A DNA stretch of 64,000 bases from a virus. Positions 56,898 through 64,000 of this stretch are shown here, piece by piece. Position numbers and translations under genes: made by a program. Under the pieces are notes generated by a model, which ran no database searches, had not been told where the DNA came from, and worked only from the letters and a program-made list of their open reading frames with translations. Each line of letters starts with the position of its first letter. Position 1 is the stretch's first letter. The stretch spans positions 1-64,000 of the IMG/VR virus record IMGVR_UViG_3300042894_004766; one strand, 5' to 3'.

Positions 56898-57478
56898 TGA
56901 AACATTTAAAAAAATATGTTATGTTTTTAGAAGAAGCCGAATTTGATGTTCAGGCTACAGATACTCCTGATGTTAAGATAGCAAAGGATGGTATGAATAC
57001 TATGAAACTTAATTTAGATGAGTATAAGACAAAGAAATCTTTAATTGATAAGTTATACTTAGAAGTAAAAGATCCTACTCAAATTGAGACTAAATTAAAG
57101 GAAATACTAGGTGGTACTGATATACAGAATGGTAAAGATAGAAATCCTTTTTTGGTAGAATATGCACATTTGGCAAAGTTAAAAGCAGATGTAGAATCAA
57201 TGAAACAACAAAATGTATATGATAAAGCATTCATTGATGATTTTAATCAAGAGTTAAAAGATTTAGATGCTAATAAGAGTAATGATCCCGCACAAAAATT
57301 AGTCATTGCTAAAAAAATCGCGGATGTAAATAAAAGAATTACGGATAGAACTCCGAAATTGACACAGGTTCAAAATGATTTTAATAAAAGTTTTGCAGAA
57401 CATACTACTAAAATCAACAAGATGGGTTCAGATATGACCGAATATATCAAAAAAATATCTAATGTTAATCAAAAATAG
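56897..57478 (+). CDS. Coiled-coil protein with MKHLKKY..FLEE motif
   Basis: ORF. Confidence 0.7.
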   Translation: MKHLKKYVMFLEEAEFDVQATDTPDVKIAKDGMNTMKLNLDEYKTKKSLIDKLYLEVKDPTQIETKLKEILGGTDIQNGKDRNPFLVEYAHLAKLKADVESMKQQNVYDKAFIDDFNQELKDLDANKSNDPAQKLVIAKKIADVNKRITDRTPKLTQVQNDFNKSFAEHTTKINKMGSDMTEYIKKISNVNQK

Positions 57479-57501
57479 AGAAAATATGATTTTTTTCTTT
57501 T

Positions 57502-57509
57502 AATATATA
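57502..57509 (+). promoter_or_regulatory. Putative phage late promoter AATATATA (also 11834, 20989, 26839, 31704 on +; 4842, 9718, 20948, 63636 on -)
   Basis: Recurs a few nt to ~30 nt upstream of structural and tagged genes; analogous to T4 TATAAATA. Confidence 0.6.
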
Positions 57510-57538
57510 CATTAAACTAAAAAATTAAAATAAAAAAT

Positions 57539-60500
57539 ATGGCAATTCAAATTGGAAAATACAAAAGACCTGGTATCTTCATCGAAGAAATTGACAAGTC
57601 TGTATTCAGTACAGCTACTGTAGAAGGAATAACTAACCTTGTAATGGGAGTTTCTAAAAAAGGACCTGTTAACACACCGATTAGACTAACAACTGTAAAT
57701 GACTTAGAAACAGTTTTTGGTCAGTTGGATAGAAACTTGGAAAGAAAAGGTTCATTTTTTCACAGAACTGTTTCTAAAATGTTAGAAACAAGTCCTGTTT
57801 TCGCAATGAACTTATTGATAACTGATGATACATTAGATATTATTGAATATAAATCTTTGTCTTCTTCTGCGTTAAAAACTAATGATATTAAGAGAGAAGG
57901 ACCTTATAGAAGATTCTTTGATACAACTGGTTTCTGGAAGAAAGATACTGAATCATTTATCAATCTAACAAAAAATAATAGTGGATACTCTGATAGAGCA
58001 TTTAGCTTTACTAACTTATCTGATAGATATATTACAGTTTTTGTAGTAAAAACTGCTGTATCTGGATTTGATAGAACTTTATTAGAGTGGTATGGTTCTA
58101 TTGAAAAAATGCCTGCTTATGTAAGCACAGTAGATTACGCATCTGACTATATGGTTGATGTTGTAGTTGTAGGTGGTGATTGGTCTAACTACAGAGAGTT
58201 AGCAGTTGATAACAGATGGGGTCAATATTTTAATGCAGATGGTTTAATTAAAGGTCAATTAAGAAATTTTGCTAATGATAGAAATATGACTTTATTAGCT
58301 TATTATGAAGGTTTGTCATTGATTCCATATTTTAGAGATTTAGATGGTAAAAATATATTTATCGAAACAACAATAAATAGAGATACTGATTCAACAGGTT
58401 TATACTGTGCATTTAATGCAGATTTAGTAGAACAAGACTTCTATACTGGTTTAGTTGACCTTATAGGTGGTACTTTAGTTGGTTCTGAGAAAAAAACTAT
58501 TGATTTCTTATCTTACAAAGAAACTATTGTAGAGTCAGTAGAATTTTCACAAGTTCCATTGGATTTACCTGGGAATGTTGTTGCTTTATTTGGTACTTAT
58601 TCATATAGTGAAGGTCAATTGGGTCACGCTTATGGTGATCCTGCTCTATCTGGTGTAGTTACTTCAGGTAGATATAGAAGTGCTTGGTTTACAGAAGGTG
58701 CTGTATTACACGTTAGCGTTTTAGAAGGTGGTCAACCTGGTTCTGGATATACTTATGCTGGCTCTGGTACATCATCAACAATAAATGTTAAATATTTTGC
58801 GGATAATTCACAATATGAACCATTTTGTGTTATAGGTGGACAATATGTTCCAGTTGTAGGTGGTACTGTATCAACTACATTGAGATCATCAAACTATCCT
58901 TATAGTAATGCAACTGCAAGTTATACAACTGCATTTACTCTTAACTCAAGTGGAGTTATTTCAAGTGTTAGTAGTTATTCTGCTGGTAATCCTCCATCAG
59001 TTGGAGCAAGTGATATAGTTCTAGGTTTCTTAACAGTTGATGTTTATCAACAAGAATTTATTGAATCATCAATAAATTTTGAAGCGGTTACATTAAGTAC
59101 ATCGGGTGGTATATTTGATTATGTTACTCCTGGTTATGTTGAGGGTATTTATGTTACTGACGGTGTTTATAATGACTTTGGATATGGTACAAGTTCACAA
59201 CATGACTATTATGTTTATGATTTAAGTAATACTCCTGGTTATGCACAAGGTGATGTTCAAGTGGTTTTCTGGGGAACAAATGCTGCGGCAACCTCTAAAA
59301 ACTATAACCAATATAGAAAAATAAAAATGTTTAATACAATTTTATCTTTCATCAATAGTTCTTATAAAGATAGAGCTACTATGATTATTAGTGAAGATGT
59401 AGAAGGTAATAGAACTAAGAAAAGTTTAGCGGGTATGACTGTAACAAATATCGTTACATCAACATCTCAAAACAAATCTTTTGTACTTAAAACTGGATTA
59501 TCTGATGTATCTTACCTAGTTGCAGGTAGATTGATTTTCTATAAAGAAGACAATGAGTTTATACTTGGTACTGATGGTTTACGTACTCATGATATTGCTG
59601 CTACACCAGCACAAGGTATTGTTGCTAAATATTCTACATTCTATGAGAGATATTTTAATGGTTTAATCAATACTCGTGACTACTTCTATGATAATAGACT
59701 ACTTTGTGGTTCTGATGGAATTGTTAATGATCTTATTGATAATGATGGTAATGTTTTAAAAGTAAATGTTACTTTTGTAAATGGTGAAGCTTCTCCAAGT
59801 CCAACAAATATTGCCCCAACATCCGGAGTTACTGGAGATTATGCTGGATATAATTATATTGTTTTCGAAGTAGATGGAATTACCGGTGCTCAAGCAGAAG
59901 ATACTTTAGAATTAGGTTTATTGGAAGAAATTTCATTCCCTCAGTCTGAGAGTAATACTGGTGTATTTACAATAACTCAAAACACTGTTAATCCACAATA
60001 TAGTGCAGTTCAATTAGCAACTGCATTAGGATTTACTGCAAGTAATAATTTCATTGCTTATCCTGTATCTGAGAATGTTACATTTGAACAAGTATTGGAT
60101 GTTACTATGGTTTATAATAATTTAGATAAACATTATTTAAAAATGCTTCTTAATTTAGATGGTACTTTAGAAGTAGACTTTACAGAAAAATCTTTAGAAT
60201 CAATAGAAAATATTGATATACGAACTAACTTTACGTTTAATGTACAGTCAGAATTAAGTAACTTAAAACAAACTATTGAAATTGAAACTCCATCTGGATA
60301 TGTTGAAGTTCCTAATAAAATTTTAGTAAATGGTTCAAGATATACTGAATTAAAAGTTGGTGATTTCTTATTGGCAGATAATGATAATGTTGAATTAGCA
60401 GTTGGTCAATCACCAAGAAATCTTACAAGAGTTTTAAGTAAAAGACAATATGCTGGTAATACTAGTTTATCTGAAATTACTTGTGATGCAAAAATATTAA

Positions 60501-61627
60501 GAACACCATATACTAATGATGTTGGTGGTCAAGATTATCAAACAACAAGATATTCAAGTGTTGATCAATATACAACAACTTATAAAGGTATTTCAATGAA
60601 AGGATTTAGAATGAGACAAGCTTCTTTACCAGATGGTACAGAAAACAGACAAAATCAAGTTTTAAACTTAGTCGCTAAAGGAACTCCATTATTCAAAGCT
60701 TTAATCAATAAAGAAGCATTTGACTTTAGATATTTAATAGATTCATTTGGATTAGGTTTAACTGAAAGATCAAAACAACAATTAGTAGATATTTGTGGTG
60801 AAAGATTAAATGTATTTGGTTTCATAAATATGCCATCATTAAAATCATTCAAAAACTCTTCATCTCCTAGTTTCGTAAACAATGAAGGTACTTTACAAGT
60901 TGAGTATATTGCTAAAGGTGGTGACCCAGAAAGTAATCCTGCATTCCTTTACTCATTCGGTGATGGAAATGGTGTTTCTACAGTTGGTTATTTCACACCT
61001 TACGTAACGGTAAATGATAATGGTAGACCATTAGATTTCCCGCCTGCGTCTTATGTGGCAACTACTTTTATGAGAAAACACATTTCTAACGTAAGTTCAG
61101 TTACTCCTTGGACAATTGCAGCTGGTGTTACAAATGGTAGAATTACTAATATTGCTGGTGTTGAACACGAATTTGATCCGACAGATATTGAATTCTTAAA
61201 TCAAGCACAAATGAATCCAATTGTATTCAAAAGAAATAGAGGATTTGTTATTGAGACAGAAAACACTGCTTTAACACTTTATAAATCAGCATTATCTTTA
61301 ATCCACGTGAGAGAAGTTCTAGTTGAGTTAGAAAGAGAGCTTTCTGCAATGTTACTTGATTACCAATGGAAATTCAACACTCCTGATGTTAGAGCTGAAA
61401 TTAAATTAAGAGCTGATGTTATTTGTGAAACTTATGTAAACAGAAATGGTTTATTTAACTACTTCAACAAAATGGATGATGAGAATAATACATCTGATAT
61501 TATTGATAGTCAAATTGGAGTTCTTGATACTTATGTAGAGCCAATTAAAGGTATGGGTATCATTGTAAATAATGTTACAATTTTAAGAACTGGTGCTATT
61601 GCTGCTGGAGGATTCCAAAACGCATAA
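57539..61627 (+). CDS. Tail sheath protein (gp18-like) with large internal insertion
   Basis: RPGIFIEEIDKS...KGPVNTP; C-terminal MNPI...IHVREVL...NT...YVEPIKG. Confidence 0.92.
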   Translation: MAIQIGKYKRPGIFIEEIDKSVFSTATVEGITNLVMGVSKKGPVNTPIRLTTVNDLETVFGQLDRNLERKGSFFHRTVSKMLETSPVFAMNLLITDDTLDIIEYKSLSSSALKTNDIKREGPYRRFFDTTGFWKKDTESFINLTKNNSGYSDRAFSFTNLSDRYITVFVVKTAVSGFDRTLLEWYGSIEKMPAYVSTVDYASDYMVDVVVVGGDWSNYRELAVDNRWGQYFNADGLIKGQLRNFANDRNMTLLAYYEGLSLIPYFRDLDGKNIFIETTINRDTDSTGLYCAFNADLVEQDFYTGLVDLIGGTLVGSEKKTIDFLSYKETIVESVEFSQVPLDLPGNVVALFGTYSYSEGQLGHAYGDPALSGVVTSGRYRSAWFTEGAVLHVSVLEGGQPGSGYTYAGSGTSSTINVKYFADNSQYEPFCVIGGQYVPVVGGTVSTTLRSSNYPYSNATASYTTAFTLNSSGVISSVSSYSAGNPPSVGASDIVLGFLTVDVYQQEFIESSINFEAVTLSTSGGIFDYVTPGYVEGIYVTDGVYNDFGYGTSSQHDYYVYDLSNTPGYAQGDVQVVFWGTNAAATSKNYNQYRKIKMFNTILSFINSSYKDRATMIISEDVEGNRTKKSLAGMTVTNIVTSTSQNKSFVLKTGLSDVSYLVAGRLIFYKEDNEFILGTDGLRTHDIAATPAQGIVAKYSTFYERYFNGLINTRDYFYDNRLLCGSDGIVNDLIDNDGNVLKVNVTFVNGEASPSPTNIAPTSGVTGDYAGYNYIVFEVDGITGAQAEDTLELGLLEEISFPQSESNTGVFTITQNTVNPQYSAVQLATALGFTASNNFIAYPVSENVTFEQVLDVTMVYNNLDKHYLKMLLNLDGTLEVDFTEKSLESIENIDIRTNFTFNVQSELSNLKQTIEIETPSGYVEVPNKILVNGSRYTELKVGDFLLADNDNVELAVGQSPRNLTRVLSKRQYAGNTSLSEITCDAKILRTPYTNDVGGQDYQTTRYSSVDQYTTTYKGISMKGFRMRQASLPDGTENRQNQVLNLVAKGTPLFKALINKEAFDFRYLIDSFGLGLTERSKQQLVDICGERLNVFGFINMPSLKSFKNSSSPSFVNNEGTLQVEYIAKGGDPESNPAFLYSFGDGNGVSTVGYFTPYVTVNDNGRPLDFPPASYVATTFMRKHISNVSSVTPWTIAAGVTNGRITNIAGVEHEFDPTDIEFLNQAQMNPIVFKRNRGFVIETENTALTLYKSALSLIHVREVLVELERELSAMLLDYQWKFNTPDVRAEIKLRADVICETYVNRNGLFNYFNKMDDENNTSDIIDSQIGVLDTYVEPIKGMGIIVNNVTILRTGAIAAGGFQNA

Positions 61628-61755
61628 TCACTTAAATAAATATTAAAACCCTTAGAGAAATCTAAGGGTTTTTTATTTTAAACCAATTAGTTATTATTTA
61701 ATATAATAGAGACATTGATTGTATCAATATATAAATAAAAAATAATAATTAAATT

Positions 61756-62700
61756 ATGTCAGATAATAAAAAGGATATGAGTGAAGAAGATTACTTAAAA
61801 AGACATTTAGGTGATATAGACACTACTAAAAAAAATACACCAAGTTCATTTGATGATACTATCACTGAACCAGTACTTGAAAGTACAAGAACTAGTGATC
61901 TACAATATTTTAGCTTTGATGTTAGAGACTTTCCTTGTGGAAAATTCTATCCAATCGGAACTATGTTTATGGTTAGACCGGCACAAGTTAGAGAAATTCA
62001 AGCTTACTCAATGGTAGATGATAATAACTTCTATGATGTGGTTGAAAAAATGAATGATATGTTACAATCGTGTGTTCGTATTAAATATACCGATGGTAGA
62101 GTAGGTTCTTTTTTAGAAGTGAAAGACCAAGATAGAATTTATTTAATTTTCTTAATTAGAGAACTAACATTTCAACAAGGTAATTCATTGACCGTAAATG
62201 CAAAATGTACTTGTGGTGAAGAAATAGCAATAGAATTAAAAAGAGATAACTTTAGATTTCATAAAATTGATGAAAAGTTAGATAAATTTTATTCACCTGC
62301 ATCAAGTTCATTCTCATTTAAAACAATAAATGGTGGTCAGTTTGAAATAACTCCTCCAAATATTGGATTACAAAAAGCTTTCACTGATTATATCATTAAA
62401 GAAAATAATGAGAAAAATACTCCTAATTTATCTTTCTTGAAAATTATTCCATTTATGTTAAATGGTAGATCAAGTATTACTTATGATGGAATTAAAGCAA
62501 AATTAAAAGAATTTCAAGAAATGGATGATATTTCATTTCAATTTTTAAATGCTGCTATAGGTAAAATGACCTTTGGTATAGAAAAATTAGGTAAGGTTTG
62601 TAGTTGTGGTGAGGAGGTTACCACAGAAATGCAGTTTCCCAACGGAACGTCAGGTATTTTCGTTATTCATGATGCCTTTGAAGCATATATTAAAGAATAA
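61756..62700 (+). CDS. Baseplate hub protein (gp26-like)
   Basis: VRP..V.E, D..YLIFLIRELT, CTCG and CSCG. Confidence 0.65.
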   Translation: MSDNKKDMSEEDYLKRHLGDIDTTKKNTPSSFDDTITEPVLESTRTSDLQYFSFDVRDFPCGKFYPIGTMFMVRPAQVREIQAYSMVDDNNFYDVVEKMNDMLQSCVRIKYTDGRVGSFLEVKDQDRIYLIFLIRELTFQQGNSLTVNAKCTCGEEIAIELKRDNFRFHKIDEKLDKFYSPASSSFSFKTINGGQFEITPPNIGLQKAFTDYIIKENNEKNTPNLSFLKIIPFMLNGRSSITYDGIKAKLKEFQEMDDISFQFLNAAIGKMTFGIEKLGKVCSCGEEVTTEMQFPNGTSGIFVIHDAFEAYIKE

Positions 62701-62923
62701 ATTATTACTTCAAAAACATTTCCATACTCAGGAAGCTGCAATGGATGAATGGCCTTTTTGGATGCTTGAAGAAAACATTAAGTTAGTTAATGAAATTCTT
62801 GAAGAAGAAGACAAGAATCAGAAAAAAGAGGAAGAGGGTCAAAGATCTTCAATGCCAGACACTGGATCGATGATGAAAAGTGCTCAAAGTATGACAGGAA
62901 ATATGCAAATGCCTAAATTCTAA
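62669..62923 (+). CDS. Baseplate hub assembly protein (gp51-like)
   Basis: LLQKHFH...MDEWPFW..E; overlaps the end of the gp26-like gene. Confidence 0.55.
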   Translation: MMPLKHILKNKLLLQKHFHTQEAAMDEWPFWMLEENIKLVNEILEEEDKNQKKEEEGQRSSMPDTGSMMKSAQSMTGNMQMPKF

Positions 62924-62985
62924 AATAGATAAAAATAAAAAATCCATCAATTTGATGGATTTTTTTTATTTAATATAAGATGATC

Positions 62986-63609
62986 TTAGTAACCAGAAAC
63001 CAATGGTGGACTGATTGTAAAGTTGTTATCAATATACTCATCAATGAAGTAATCATATGTGAAAGTACCACTAACGTTATCTATGATATTATTTGAAGAC
63101 CAGTCAAGTGAATATCCACTTAGTTTATATAATTGACAGTTTTGAAATGTAACTCTTCTTAAAACAACTCCTTTTTTATCGTGTTGATTTACAATGATAG
63201 TACCAATTAAATCACTTTTATAGTGAAGTGCACCATTTTGAGAGTTGAATGCTAAGTCATACCAAGCTTTCATAGTATTCCAATTCTCCATAGAACCCTG
63301 TTGATTTACATTAACCTGAAAAGGTATAGTAAGCTCACCAGAAGTTTTTGTAGGAGTTGAAAGAAACTCTCTTGTAGAGTATTTGAATCTCTGTTGTTTA
63401 GAGGTTATATCAAATTCAGTTAGGGTAGTAAGGTCTATCTTAGTTGCATTTTGCAATAACAAGATTGGATCTCTACCTTGTGCTTGTAAGATAACAGGTA
63501 ATATAAATGTTATCTCAAATAGGTTTAAATATACTACTTCGTCTGGAAGTGTACCAGGTCCCCCAGGTGAACCAACGCCTTGTAACTGGGTAAAGTGAGG
63601 TAAGGGCAT
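62986..63609 (-). CDS. Tail tube protein (gp19-like)
   Basis: NLFEITF, W.DL.FN.Q.G...K, LDWSS...TFTYDY. Confidence 0.8.
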   Translation of the reverse strand: MPLPHFTQLQGVGSPGGPGTLPDEVVYLNLFEITFILPVILQAQGRDPILLLQNATKIDLTTLTEFDITSKQQRFKYSTREFLSTPTKTSGELTIPFQVNVNQQGSMENWNTMKAWYDLAFNSQNGALHYKSDLIGTIIVNQHDKKGVVLRRVTFQNCQLYKLSGYSLDWSSNNIIDNVSGTFTYDYFIDEYIDNNFTISPPLVSGY

Positions 63610-63727
63610 ATGTTTTTTAATTATTTTTTATAAATTATATATTATTATTTTTTTATACATATCTGTCTTTTTATTAAATATGTTAAGAAATTTGACATTT
63701 CCACTTTTAGTATATAATATATATTAT

Positions 63728-64000
63728 ATGGAATGTAGTTATAGATATTGTAGTAAAGAGATTAATTATGGTAGACCAGATAGAAAATTCTGTAATAAGA
63801 ATTGTCGATTAAAGGAGAATGCTATAGTTAGAGAGATTAAATCGTTAAATATAAAGTCTAAAAGAGGTAAAGATTTCATAGTAAGGTCTGAAGTAAAACA
63901 TAATTCTAGATATAAATACGATTTAGTGATTTATAAAAATGCCAGGACAAAGGTTCGGATAATATGTCCTGTTCATGGTATATTTGAGCAGACACCAGAT
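63728..64000 (+). CDS. Zn-finger/DUF723-type protein, possibly homing-endonuclease associated (runs off the window)
   Basis: CSYRYC...RKFCNKNC; KVRIICPVHGIFEQTP. Confidence 0.7.
   Translation, partial: MECSYRYCSKEINYGRPDRKFCNKNCRLKENAIVREIKSLNIKSKRGKDFIVRSEVKHNSRYKYDLVIYKNARTKVRIICPVHGIFEQTPD

Noticed and set aside
1-64000. Genome-wide TAG reassignment (genetic code 15-like)
   Set aside because: Long genes are intact in the standard code, and TAG terminates gp52 (41383) and the genes ending at 57476, 17198 and 52544. Only two amber-gated sites were noticed.

Overview
Very AT-rich 64-kb segment of a large T4-like (myovirus-type, probably jumbo) phage. It carries large and small terminase, tail sheath, tail tube, gp26/gp51-like hub proteins and the gp52 topoisomerase subunit. 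Bacteroidota-type sigma promoters (TTTG...TAnnTTTG), A-rich SD-less start contexts and host-like NusA/ClpP point to a Bacteroidota host. The first ~16 kb holds an unusual translation-related toolkit. (1) Four tRNA-Glu-scaffold RNAs with constant acceptor, D-stem and T arms but hypervariable D-loop and anticodon arms. (2) A ~187-nt RNase P RNA lacking most of its specificity domain. (3) Three stripped-down aminoacyl-tRNA synthetases: GluRS-like and AsnRS-like enzymes without anticodon-binding domains, and a LeuRS-like enzyme without its editing and C-terminal domains. (4) An apparent gene-specific amber system. A D-arm-defective CUA tRNA-like RNA (9737-9802) carries an 11-nt segment complementary to an in-frame TAG near the start of a Pth2-HD fusion gene missed by the ORF track. 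A second ATG-NNN-TAG-ATT leader (MR*IVIRGPT) lies in the same minus-strand cluster. TAG is otherwise a normal stop here. The window also encodes ClpC/ClpP/ClpS, MetK, DHFR, a C5 methyltransferase and a Nei glycosylase. Two peptide motifs recur across many unrelated proteins: an N-terminal MKYLKxFxE-type tag and a C-terminal R(D/E)xK(L/I)xx(L/I) tag. All calls come from motif recognition by eye; no searches were run.
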